64,000 nucleotides of DNA. Origin: Anaerolineales bacterium (GTDB taxonomy: Bacteria; Chloroflexota; Anaerolineae; Anaerolineales; Villigracilaceae). Below are positions 37,592 through 46,601 of the stretch, piece after piece. The notes beneath the pieces were generated by a model. The model saw only the letters and a program-made list of their open reading frames with translations, had not been told where the DNA came from and made no database searches. The DNA is taken from contig JBHORD010000165.1 of assembly GCA_042408355.1 (NCBI GenBank), forward strand, positions 5,501-69,500. Reading direction: 5' to 3'. The position numbers were made by a program, and so were the translations under genes. Numbering within the stretch: position 1 is the stretch's first letter; each line of letters begins with the position of its first letter.

Positions 37592-38535
37592 GACCGTTCA
37601 GCGGCGTACCAGTCAACGAGTTTCTGCACGCCTTCGCGCAGTCCCACGCGAGGTTCCCAGCCGAGCAATTGTCCCGCCTTCGATACATCCGCCCAGTTCG
37701 AAAACATATCCGCCAAATTGGGCGGGCCGTATTGAACGTTGGCTTTTTTGCCGATCAATTCTTCCAGCAGTTTGATTAAATTATTGATGGTGATGACTTC
37801 ATGTCCGCCGATGTTGATGATCTCATAACCAAGCGGCCTCAACGCCAATATCGTTCCGCGCGCAATGTCATCGAGATAGGTAAAGCCGCGCGACTGTTCG
37901 CCGTTGCCGTTGACGCGCACCGGCTGTCCTTCGTTGATCCATTGGCAGAATCGGAACATCGCCAGATCGGGGCGCCCCGCCGGACCGTAAACGGTGAAGT
38001 AACGCAAAATACTCACGTCAATTTTGTGCAGGTAGTGATATGTGTACGCCAGCACTTCCGCGGCTTTCTTGCTGGCCGCATAAGGTTGCAGCGGCTCACT
38101 GCTGGAGGCGCTCTCCGGGGTGGGATAAGGCGGATTTGCGCCGTAGATGCTCGAAGTCGAGGCCTGAACGAATTTTTTAATTCCCGTGCGGCGGCTCAAC
38201 TCAAGCAGATTCAAAGTGCCGGTTAGATTCGTCTCATAGAACAGCCACGGATTATCCACGCTGGCGCGGACGCCGGCGCGCGCCGCAAGGTTGATGATCC
38301 CATCAAGCGTTTCATCGTTCAACGTTTCGACCTCCTGCCTGATGGAAATATCTATTTTACGAAAATCAAAACCGGGCAGTGTGCGGAGATGCGCGAGGCG
38401 ATGCTCTTTCATGCGGACATCGTAGGCGTCGTTCATGTTGTCAACGCCGATGACGGTGTGCCCGTCTTGAATGAGAAATTCAGAAGTGCGCGCGCCGATG
38501 AACCCGGCCGCGCCGGTAACCAGATATTTGGCCAT
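37564..38535 (-). CDS. NAD-dependent nucleotide-sugar epimerase (UDP-glucuronate 4-epimerase-like)
   Basis: VTGAAGFIG Rossmann motif and YAASKKAAE catalytic YxxxK. CapI/WbnF-like length. Confidence 0.8.
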   Translation of the reverse strand: MAKYLVTGAAGFIGARTSEFLIQDGHTVIGVDNMNDAYDVRMKEHRLAHLRTLPGFDFRKIDISIRQEVETLNDETLDGIINLAARAGVRASVDNPWLFYETNLTGTLNLLELSRRTGIKKFVQASTSSIYGANPPYPTPESASSSEPLQPYAASKKAAEVLAYTYHYLHKIDVSILRYFTVYGPAGRPDLAMFRFCQWINEGQPVRVNGNGEQSRGFTYLDDIARGTILALRPLGYEIINIGGHEVITINNLIKLLEELIGKKANVQYGPPNLADMFSNWADVSKAGQLLGWEPRVGLREGVQKLVDWYAAERSWASGILTP

Positions 38536-38595
38536 AACTGCTCACTTGCGCTTTCCGCTCTGCGTTTTGTTTGTAAAACGCAAACCGCAAAACGC

Positions 38596-39918
38596 TTATA
38601 ACTTCACCACCTTCGGATGATCTTTGGCGATTCTGCCCAACGCGTTGCGGCTGTCGAAAATGAAAGACGCCGAATCGAGAATGGCTTTGTAATCATAAAC
38701 CTTATGATTTGTGACGATGACCACCGCGTCGGATTCTTTGACAGCCTTCATCACATCCTTGACGGTCTCCATTCTCCAGCCTTCCTTCTCGTGATGAATC
38801 TGGGGGATGTACGGATCGTGATATGAAACCTCCGCGCCTTTTTTCTTGAGCAAAGCAATCACATCCAGCGCGGGCGATTCGCGCACGTCATCAACGTCGG
38901 GCTTGTATGCCGCGCCGAGCACCAGAACTTTCGAGCCTTTCAGCGCCTTGCCGCGGTCGTTCATTGCATCCAGCACGCGGTTGACCACATAGCGCGGCAT
39001 GTTCGTATTGATCTCCGATGCCAGCTCGATGAAGCGCGCATTGTAATTCATTTCCTTCATTTTCCATGAAAGATACAACGGATCAATCGGGATGCAATGT
39101 CCGCCGAGTCCGGGCCCGGGCGTGAATTTCATAAAGCCAAACGGCTTGGTGGCCGCCGCGTCAATCACTTCCCAAACGTCCACGCCGAGGCGTTCGCACA
39201 TCATCGCCAGCTCGTTGACCAATCCAATATTGATCATACGAAACGTATTTTCAAGCAGTTTCGCCATCTCTGCCGCTTCCGCCGACGAGACTGGCACAAC
39301 CGTTTTGATCGCGCCGCCGTACCACACGGTTGCGACCTCGGTGCATTCCTTTGTGATGCCGCCGATGACTTTGGGTGTGTTGAGCGTGGTCCAATCCTGC
39401 CGTCCGGGGTCGACGCGTTCGGGCGAGAAACAGACGAAGATGTCCTCGCCGACTCGAAGTCCGGATTGATCCGTCAATTTCGGAACCATCAATTCCCGCG
39501 TCGTGCCCGGATAGGTGGTGGACTCCAGCACAACCACCATTCCCTTGTGGACATATTTCTCCAACTGATCGAGCGCCGAATTGATGTACGACATATCCGG
39601 GTCGCCGGTATGACGCAGGGGCGTCGGCACGCAAATGCTGACCGCGTCCATTTCTTTGAGCGCGGCGAAATCGGCGGTCATGTTGAGTCGGCCCTCGTTC
39701 CGCAAGCGGACAACTTTTTCGGTGGGCACATCCTGAATGTAAGACGCGCCTTTGTTGAACGTATCCACTTTGCGTTGATCGGGATCAATGCCCAATACAT
39801 CGAATCCCGCCTCGGCAAATACGACCGCCAGCGGCATGCCCACATAACCCATGCCGAGGATTCCAATTTTTGCAGTTTTGTCCTGCAATTTCTTGATGAG
39901 AGTTTCTTTGGTGTTCAT
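38596..39918 (-). CDS. Nucleotide-sugar 6-dehydrogenase (UDP-GlcNAc/ManNAc dehydrogenase type)
   Basis: GMGYVGMP NAD motif and catalytic-Cys motif GGHCIPIDP, 440 aa. Confidence 0.9.
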   Translation of the reverse strand: MNTKETLIKKLQDKTAKIGILGMGYVGMPLAVVFAEAGFDVLGIDPDQRKVDTFNKGASYIQDVPTEKVVRLRNEGRLNMTADFAALKEMDAVSICVPTPLRHTGDPDMSYINSALDQLEKYVHKGMVVVLESTTYPGTTRELMVPKLTDQSGLRVGEDIFVCFSPERVDPGRQDWTTLNTPKVIGGITKECTEVATVWYGGAIKTVVPVSSAEAAEMAKLLENTFRMINIGLVNELAMMCERLGVDVWEVIDAAATKPFGFMKFTPGPGLGGHCIPIDPLYLSWKMKEMNYNARFIELASEINTNMPRYVVNRVLDAMNDRGKALKGSKVLVLGAAYKPDVDDVRESPALDVIALLKKKGAEVSYHDPYIPQIHHEKEGWRMETVKDVMKAVKESDAVVIVTNHKVYDYKAILDSASFIFDSRNALGRIAKDHPKVVKL

Positions 39919-39952
39919 TTATTGTTTGTTTCCTTCATGACCCAACGTTTAT

Positions 39953-40002
39953 TTCGATACTCGATATTCAATATTCGATATTCGGCTTGCAAATATCGAG
40001 CA
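39953..40002 (-). promoter_or_regulatory. Cluster of ATATCGA repeats in the promoter region of the glycan cluster
   Basis: Minus strand reads CTCGATATTTGCAAGCCGAATATCGAATATTGAATATCGAGTATCGAA, with GATAT/(T)ATCGA motifs recurring (direct and inverted), 35-85 nt before the first gene. Confidence 0.3.
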
Positions 40003-40005
40003 TCG

Positions 40006-40644
40006 TCAAAACAAACTCAATTGCTTCGGCTCGTCCTTTGGCTTTTCCTCGCGCGCGGCTTCGGGAGCGGACCGCCCCAGGCCCTTGCGCGCCTGCTCCA
40101 ACAATTCGGGCAATTTGGCAAAGTCTGCCAGGATGGCCGGCTTGAGCGAAGCCTGATGCAAGGCCGCGGCGGGATGAAACATGGCGATCACGTATCGGTT
40201 GCCGACTTTGCGCATTTGCCCATGCACCGAGCTGATCTTCGCGCCCGGCATGAATTTGCCCATCGAATAACGTCCAAGCGTGATGATGATGCTTGGGTTG
40301 ATGGCTTGGATTTGCCGCTCCAGATATTCATCGCACGTTGCCAGTTCTTCCGGCAGGGGATCGCGATTTCCCGGCGGGCGGCATTTGACCACATTTCCGA
40401 TCCAGACGTCGGAACGTTTGAGGCCGGCCTGCGCCAGCAATTGATCGAGGAACTGTCCCGAGGCGCCCACGAACGGACGCCCCTGTTCGTTTTCATAAAA
40501 GCCGGGACCTTCGCCAATTAACATGATTTCCGCATTCGCTGGTCCCTCGCCCGGCACGGGCTTTTTGCGCGAATGATATAACGCACACTTCTCACAAACC
40601 GCGACTTCCTTTGCAACCTGCGCTAAGATTTCTTCGGCGTTCAT
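40006..40644 (-). CDS. Uracil-DNA glycosylase, family 4 (Fe-S)
   Basis: CEKCALY...IGEGPGFYENEQGRPFVGASGQ family-4 motifs. Confidence 0.9.
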   Translation of the reverse strand: MNAEEILAQVAKEVAVCEKCALYHSRKKPVPGEGPANAEIMLIGEGPGFYENEQGRPFVGASGQFLDQLLAQAGLKRSDVWIGNVVKCRPPGNRDPLPEELATCDEYLERQIQAINPSIIITLGRYSMGKFMPGAKISSVHGQMRKVGNRYVIAMFHPAAALHQASLKPAILADFAKLPELLEQARKGLGRSAPEAAREEKPKDEPKQLSLF

Positions 40645-41099
40645 TTCATCTCCAAAGGGTCGAGCGTCATCAGGATTGCATCCTCGCCGTTATCCTTGTA
40701 ATATTTTGGACGCCGGCCCACAACTTCAAAACCAAATTTGCGATACATGGCCTGCGCGGCCTCGTTCGATTCGCGGACTTCGAGAAAAGCGCGGCGCGCC
40801 CCGGCTTTGTAGCCGTCTTGAAGCGCTTCCGCCAAGATCCGCTTTCCGATGCCTCGCCGCCGAAAGTCCGGGTGAGTGGCGATGGTGGCGATGTGAAGTT
40901 CGTCAATGATAACCCACGAGACAACCGCGGCCACGATCCGCTTATCCTCCGTTTCGCCGACGAAACAGCGCGCGGCGCGGTTATCGCTCACTTCATAGCG
41001 AAAGGCGCTTTCGGGCCACGGAAGCGTGAACGACATACGGTCAATTGCAGAGACCGCAGGGACATCCGCCGCCGTCATCTTTCGGATGATCACATTCAT
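40641..41099 (-). CDS. rimI: Ribosomal-protein-alanine N-acetyltransferase
   Basis: GNAT motif RRRGIGKRIL. Start taken at MNVIIRKM, directly after the tsaB stop. tsaE-tsaB-rimI synteny. Confidence 0.85.
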   Translation of the reverse strand: MNVIIRKMTAADVPAVSAIDRMSFTLPWPESAFRYEVSDNRAARCFVGETEDKRIVAAVVSWVIIDELHIATIATHPDFRRRGIGKRILAEALQDGYKAGARRAFLEVRESNEAAQAMYRKFGFEVVGRRPKYYKDNGEDAILMTLDPLEMK

Positions 41100-41101
41100 G
41101 C

Positions 41102-41770
41102 CTAAATAGGTTCGCCCACCTGCAAATAGATTGGCGCGAGCGAAGCGGGTGCATCCGCTTTGCCTTCCTGCCAGCGCGCCCATGCCAGTTCGGCGAGGAT
41201 GGACGGTCTTCGAACGCATAAAGCTGGCGGAGCCAAAACAACGTTGACTTTTTTGCGCGCCAAACGCTGGCGTTCTTCTGCGGTCAGTTCACCCGCGACC
41301 AGCGTCGGCCGATCAATTGACTCAGCCAGTGCATCTACACTTGTAACCTGCGCCGCTCCGTCGGACTTCCATTTATGATTCTCCGACGATTTTTTATACC
41401 AGACCAACGCAATGCGGCCGCGGCCCGCTTGCAGAACCGCCGCCAGCGGCATGTCTGAAGCCGGCTGTGCCGCGGCGAGGATGTCCAGAGTTGGGATTCC
41501 GGCAATCGGCAATTTTCTCGATAGCGCCAGACCTTTGACAAATGCCAACCCGACGCGCAGGGCGGTAAACGAACCGGGGCCAATGGCAACGCCCAGCGCC
41601 TGGACATCGCTGATTTTTACGCCGGTATGCTTCAACATATTCGCGAGCGCCGGCGCCAATTCGACCGTGTGATGCTGGCGGCTGATCCAGGATGATTCGG
41701 CGACGACCTGCGTACCGTCGAACAGTGCCAATCCAATTTGGGCGGTGGAAGTATCAACAGCCAGGAGCAT
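41102..41770 (-). CDS. tsaB: tRNA t6A biosynthesis protein TsaB
   Basis: MLLAVDTST N-terminus, YeaZ-like, 222 aa. Confidence 0.9.
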   Translation of the reverse strand: MLLAVDTSTAQIGLALFDGTQVVAESSWISRQHHTVELAPALANMLKHTGVKISDVQALGVAIGPGSFTALRVGLAFVKGLALSRKLPIAGIPTLDILAAAQPASDMPLAAVLQAGRGRIALVWYKKSSENHKWKSDGAAQVTSVDALAESIDRPTLVAGELTAEERQRLARKKVNVVLAPPALCVRRPSILAELAWARWQEGKADAPASLAPIYLQVGEPI

Positions 41771-42303
41771 TATGAGACTCCGAACAAGGATTGCTGTAAT
41801 TCCGCGATCATGCGATCATAGCGGCGGCCTTTGGCTTTGAACCGCATCTGGCGCTGTTCGTCGGCGACGTAATCCAGATTGATCCACAGCGCCTCGACAG
41901 GAAGGACCGATGAAACGCGCTCCGGCCATTCGATGATCAACGCGCCTTCCGCCAGCATCGAGTCGAGGTCGAGTTCCGCCGCTTCCGGTCCGGACTCGAG
42001 GCGGTAGGCGTCCATGTGAAAAAGCATCGCGCCGTCGGGGCGTCTGTATTCGTTTACTAAAACAAACGTCGGACTTGAGACGCCGTCAAGCGAACCCCAG
42101 CCCTGCGCCATTCCCTGAACAAGCGTGGTTTTGCCCGCGCCGAGATCGCCCTGAAGACAGATCAAATCGCCGCCTCGAATCAAGCCGCCGAGGCGCATTC
42201 CAATACGGCGCGTCTGCTCGGGACTGCGGCTGAAAAATTCAAACGTATGTTCATCCAGGATGGGCACGGTGGCATTATACTGCTTGTTTCGGTAAACTCT
42301 CAA
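41770..42303 (-). CDS. tsaE: tRNA t6A biosynthesis ATPase TsaE
   Basis: GDLGAGKTTLVQG P-loop. The start is uncertain: TTG 42303, or GTG about 36 nt downstream that sits 6 nt after a TATAAT. Confidence 0.85.
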   Translation of the reverse strand: MRVYRNKQYNATVPILDEHTFEFFSRSPEQTRRIGMRLGGLIRGGDLICLQGDLGAGKTTLVQGMAQGWGSLDGVSSPTFVLVNEYRRPDGAMLFHMDAYRLESGPEAAELDLDSMLAEGALIIEWPERVSSVLPVEALWINLDYVADEQRQMRFKAKGRRYDRMIAELQQSLFGVS

Positions 42304-42700
42304 CGGATTTCACGTTCATAGCAGGGCTTTCTCAGCGTCGGGTGTGTCCGCATGACACGAAAAAAAAATTAACCGCAAAGTTTAACGAATTTTCTTTGCA
42401 TCCTCGCGGGCCTGGCGGTTCAAAAGGCTTATCACTGGTGATTACTCCCATCTTGGTTGAGCCTGCTTCGGCAGGGACTTAAGCCCCGCCTCAAGTCGTT
42501 CAAGTCGGCTTTCAGCCCTGCGATAGGAATTGCGGGGAATCGCCGCGCGATCAGTATTACTTTGAGAAAAGCCATACCGTTCATGCTCGGTACGCGCAGT
42601 TGAGCAATTGGCGGGGCTGTTTGCTTCTCGAAGTTTTTATGCTAAGATAAATATATCGTTTCTTTCGTTTCGCATTTATGGACAGTTGTTTGAGGCTGGC

Positions 42701-43273
42701 ATGTTAGCTGAAGGTGTGAAAGCCGATCTGCCTCTCTTGAAGGCGGCCCGGGGGCTGGATAAGCAGGCGCTGGTCGCAATCTTCAATGAATACGCGCCCA
42801 AGTTATATAACTATGCTTTGCGGTTGTGCGGGAATCCCGTCGAAGCCGACAATACGGTTGGAGATGTTTTCACGAAATTTCTCGAGCAGTTGGCGGCCGG
42901 CAAGGGCCCCACTGTAAATCTGCAGTCGTATCTTTATCGCATGACTTACCATCTTGTGGTGGACAGGGCGCGGCTTTCACAGCGTGAGGCTCCCATCGAA
43001 CTTGTGGACATCGAGCCGGCCATCGGCCGCGGGCATCCATCCCTGCACGTCGGTCTGGAAAAACAAATGTTGATCGAAGCGGTAATGCTTGCCATCCAAA
43101 ACGATTTGACGGCTGATCAACGGAATGTGATCATTCTGCGATTTGTAGAAGGACTGAGTCTGCCTGAAACCGCCGAGGTCCTTGGCAAGGGGCTTGATAA
43201 CGTTAAGGTGATTCAGAGCCGGGCAATTGCCAAATTGCGGAAAGTCCTGCATGACAGAAAAGTGAGCCTGTGA
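42701..43273 (+). CDS. ECF-type RNA polymerase sigma factor
   Basis: 190 aa from MLAEGV (GAGG SD). Region 2 (YNYALRLCGNPVEADN) and region 4 HTH (LSLPETAEVLG) are recognisable. Confidence 0.85.
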   Translation: MLAEGVKADLPLLKAARGLDKQALVAIFNEYAPKLYNYALRLCGNPVEADNTVGDVFTKFLEQLAAGKGPTVNLQSYLYRMTYHLVVDRARLSQREAPIELVDIEPAIGRGHPSLHVGLEKQMLIEAVMLAIQNDLTADQRNVIILRFVEGLSLPETAEVLGKGLDNVKVIQSRAIAKLRKVLHDRKVSL

Positions 43274-43551
43274 AACCAGGTTCTGAGCCGCAGGATGATG
43301 AGATCGTAAAACTTCTGAAGGCCATGAAGGCGGCCCCACGCGCCTATCCTCCAGAATTGTTGTCCCGGCGGCAGGCTTTTCTGGCACAATTGAACGCGCT
43401 GAATGAATCGAATATTGAAGATGCACAGCCGCGCCGGTTGATATTGGGCCATCTGCAACGTCTGCGCCGCAATCTGCCGATACATTTTCCAACCCCGCCG
43501 ACTCGTCGCCGACTTCTTCCGAGCCCTGACACCGCCTTTGAAGGGCGCTAA
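43270..43551 (+). CDS. Possible anti-sigma factor remnant or partner (no TM helix)
   Basis: GTGA start/stop overlap with the sigma gene. 93 aa, basic, with no membrane anchor. Confidence 0.35.
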   Translation: MKPGSEPQDDEIVKLLKAMKAAPRAYPPELLSRRQAFLAQLNALNESNIEDAQPRRLILGHLQRLRRNLPIHFPTPPTRRRLLPSPDTAFEGR

Positions 43552-43929
43552 AGCAAACGATTTTTGAATTTGCTCCGCAGTGTGCAGTCACTCTGTCGTA
43601 TGTTCACGCTAATCCAACTCAGGGCGCCAGGCCGAAAGATTTGCACAACGACGCCGTGATAACGGATGCGGGAAATCAGCGGACTGCTTAGCGATATACT
43701 TGTTGCAGTTGATTTTTGGAAAATCTGACTGCCTGGAAAGACTAAAAGATGGATATGCGTTCTGTAAAGGCGCTTGTGATCCCGGTTTTACACAACGCCC
43801 TCCCATCGCTCAGACAGGCCGAATCCAAAAGGAATCCAACCGCAATAGAAAACCTTTATGTCCCCTGCGCGTCCTGCGCGGTAAAAATTTTGCACGAAAA
43901 CAAGAAATTCATTGACAAGGTATTAAACT

Positions 43930-44427
43930 ATGAGCGTCGAATCGACAGACATACATGAACGCTTGCGCGCATTGCTGGATGGCGAAGGGACAGTCTATCG
44001 CCTCGTGGAACACGAACCGGAAGGCCGCACCGAATTCATCGCCAGGATTCGCGGCAACCGGCCCGAACAGGCAATCAAATCCATTGTAGTGCAGGTCCGC
44101 TTTGCGAAAAGGAAGAGTCAATATTATCTGGCAAATGTTCCCGGCGATTGCCATGTGGATTTGAGGGGAATTAAAATTTTGTTCGATGCGAACAGCGCCG
44201 CCTTTGCTGCGCGCGAAAAAGCAGAGCAATTAACGGAATGCGTGATCGGCGCAATCCCGCCCTTTTCGTTCAACGACCGGCTCGCCGTCCTGGCTGATCC
44301 GTTGATTTTTGAAAATGAAGAAGTTGTCTTCAATGCCGGCCGGCTCGACCGATCCATCTTTATGAAGTCCAGCGATTACCTTCGCGTGGCCCGCCCCAGA
44401 TTGGAGAAAATCGCCATCCGCCCATGA
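43930..44427 (+). CDS. YbaK/ProX-like aminoacyl-tRNA deacylase domain protein
   Basis: 165 aa with YbaK-fold pattern (KSIVVQV..., GAIPPF). Confidence 0.7.
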   Translation: MSVESTDIHERLRALLDGEGTVYRLVEHEPEGRTEFIARIRGNRPEQAIKSIVVQVRFAKRKSQYYLANVPGDCHVDLRGIKILFDANSAAFAAREKAEQLTECVIGAIPPFSFNDRLAVLADPLIFENEEVVFNAGRLDRSIFMKSSDYLRVARPRLEKIAIRP

Positions 44428-45197
44428 ATAGTTTATTGCTCAAAGTCATCCTCACTCCCGCATTGATTGGAACGGCCAGCCTGGCTGGCCGGCGCTGGGG
44501 ACATTCGATCAGCGGCTGGATTATTGCCTTGCCGCTGACCACTGGCCCGATCACGTTTTTTCTCGCGTTGACTCACGGCGCATCCTTCGCGGCAACGGCA
44601 GCCACCGGCACCGTCGCGGGCGGGCTCTCGCAGGCGGCCTTCGCGCTCACATACGCAAGGCTTGCCCCGCGCTTGAAATGGTGGGCGGCGCTGGCATCCG
44701 CATGTCTGGCTTTTGCAGTCGTCACATCCATACTGAATCAATTCACGTTTTCGCTCCTGCCGCTTTACGCGGCTGTACTGCTTTCTTTTATTGTTACACT
44801 GCGACTGCTTCCCAAAGAATCCAGGCCCGCGCCTGTCGAAGAAAGCATTCCCTCGCGCTGGGATATTCCGATGCGCATGATCATCGCGACGGTTTTCGTC
44901 GTGCTTCTCACCGCCATTGCTCCCAACCTCGGGCCCCGCCTGACTGGATTGATCGCGCCATTTCCGCTTTTCACCGCGACGCTGGCCGCCTTCGCTCATC
45001 ATCAGCATGGCCCGAACGCGGCCGTCAGCGTTTTACGCGGCTTATTGATGGGACTATTTTCATTTGCCAGTTTCTTCTTTACGATTGCCGTGCTGATTGA
45101 AAGCGCGGGAATCGCGATTGCCTTTACAACAGCCGTTCTTGTTGTGCTTGCCATGCAGAGTATTTCATTATGGCTGCTGCAAAACAAACGCGTTTGA
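44424..45197 (+). CDS. Polytopic membrane protein, unknown function
   Basis: 257 aa with about 8 TM segments. ATGA overlap with the upstream gene. Confidence 0.6.
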   Translation: MNSLLLKVILTPALIGTASLAGRRWGHSISGWIIALPLTTGPITFFLALTHGASFAATAATGTVAGGLSQAAFALTYARLAPRLKWWAALASACLAFAVVTSILNQFTFSLLPLYAAVLLSFIVTLRLLPKESRPAPVEESIPSRWDIPMRMIIATVFVVLLTAIAPNLGPRLTGLIAPFPLFTATLAAFAHHQHGPNAAVSVLRGLLMGLFSFASFFFTIAVLIESAGIAIAFTTAVLVVLAMQSISLWLLQNKRV

Positions 45198-45240
45198 GCC
45201 GCCGCACATCTGTGCTAAGATTGGGCGGTACGGAGACGCC

Positions 45241-46128
45241 ATGAACCTGACTTTGACCGCCCGTTCCCCTTTCAATTTTCTATCCGTTGTTCAATCGCAT
45301 GGATGGCTTCAACTGGCTCCCTTTCAATTCGAGGAGGGCGCGAAAATTCTTTTCTATACGGACCGCCTTGCCAACGGCCGCGTCGTTCAATATCAAATGA
45401 GCGGCGATTCGAAAAACGTAACGGTGGGCATCAAAGGCAGGCTTGGCAAAGCCGAGCAAAATGAAGTCAAAGAGAAAGTCACATGGATGCTGGGACTCGA
45501 TCAGGATTTTTCTTCATTCTACAAAGCGGCGCGCAAAGAACCGAAACTCCGTCACGCCGAAAGATTCGCACGCGGCCGCGTGCTTCGTTCGCCGACATTT
45601 TTCGAGGATGTTTTAAAAACGATCCTGACCACGAATACATTATGGGCCGCCACCAAACGGATGAATCTCAATCTCATCGCCTCGTTCGGGGACGCGTTAG
45701 CGGAATCCGATAAAAAAGCTTTTCCCACGCCTGATAGAATCGCCGCGTCCAGCCCCGAGGTCCTGAAAGAAGCGGTACGCGTCGGATACCGCGCCCCAGC
45801 GATTCACGAATTGGCTGTCCGCGTGGCATCCGGCAAATTGGATATTGAATCCTACAAGACATCAACGTTGCCCACGCTCGAACTCCGCAAAGAATTGATG
45901 AATATTCGCGGCGTCGGGCCGTATGCGGCGGCGAACCTGCTGATGATTTTGGGGCGATCCGATTTCATCCCGATTGACTCGTGGGCGCTGAAAGTCGTCT
46001 CGCACGAATGGTACCGCGGCAGGCCGGTGACGCCGAAACAGGTTGAAAAGAAATTCGAAAAATGGGGCGAGTATAAAGGTCTGGCATATTGGTTTTGGGA
46101 CTGGAATTTGAAATACGAAGGAGTCTAA
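45241..46128 (+). CDS. HhH-GPD base-excision DNA glycosylase (AlkA/Ogg-like)
   Basis: Helix-hairpin-helix NIRGVGPYAAANLLM followed by IPIDSW. Start taken at MNLTLTA (45241). Confidence 0.8.
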   Translation: MNLTLTARSPFNFLSVVQSHGWLQLAPFQFEEGAKILFYTDRLANGRVVQYQMSGDSKNVTVGIKGRLGKAEQNEVKEKVTWMLGLDQDFSSFYKAARKEPKLRHAERFARGRVLRSPTFFEDVLKTILTTNTLWAATKRMNLNLIASFGDALAESDKKAFPTPDRIAASSPEVLKEAVRVGYRAPAIHELAVRVASGKLDIESYKTSTLPTLELRKELMNIRGVGPYAAANLLMILGRSDFIPIDSWALKVVSHEWYRGRPVTPKQVEKKFEKWGEYKGLAYWFWDWNLKYEGV

Positions 46129-46129
46129 A

Positions 46130-46477
46130 GTGTACGAACATTTCAAGCAGCCGCTTGCCAGTCGAAAGGTTTTCGTACAACGTCTGGCGCGCAACGCGAC
46201 AATCGCGGCGGGAATCGTTTTGATCTCACTTGGCATTGGCGTGTTGGGTTATCATTTTCTCGAAGGATTGTCGTGGATCGATTCGCTTTTGAACGCTTCG
46301 ATGATTCTCGGCGGCATGGGGCCGGTGGATACATTGCATACAACGGCGGGGAAAATATTTGCCTCATTTTATGCGCTTTATTCGGGCGTTGTCTTGCTGG
46401 CGGCAATTGGCGTGCTGGCCGCGCCCCTGATTCACCGCTTTATGCATCATTTTCATTTACAAGTAGATAAGGGCTAA
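46130..46477 (+). CDS. Small two-TM pore-loop (ion-channel-like) membrane protein
   Basis: 115 aa with TM, pore-like loop (SMILGGMGPVD) and TM. GTG start 1 nt after the upstream stop. Confidence 0.5.
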   Translation: MYEHFKQPLASRKVFVQRLARNATIAAGIVLISLGIGVLGYHFLEGLSWIDSLLNASMILGGMGPVDTLHTTAGKIFASFYALYSGVVLLAAIGVLAAPLIHRFMHHFHLQVDKG

Positions 46478-46601
46478 CGCGAACGTTCAAGCCGAACGCG
46501 TTTGAAATTATGACCGCGCCATGAAAGCAAGACTTGGATAATCGTAAGAGCCAGTGGTTTACAGGGAAACGATTCCGTGAGGGCACAACAACGCGGCATC
46601 C

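Noticed and set aside
39953-40002. Short tandem repeats considered as a CRISPR-like array, given the orphan Cas4-like gene elsewhere
   Set aside because: The repeat units are only 7-9 nt, have no spacers of CRISPR size, and lie in a promoter spacer.
39097-40521. 474-aa plus-strand ORF spanning the sugar dehydrogenase and UDG genes
   Set aside because: It is antisense to two well-supported genes and crosses their intergenic spacer. It has no motifs and shadow-ORF composition.
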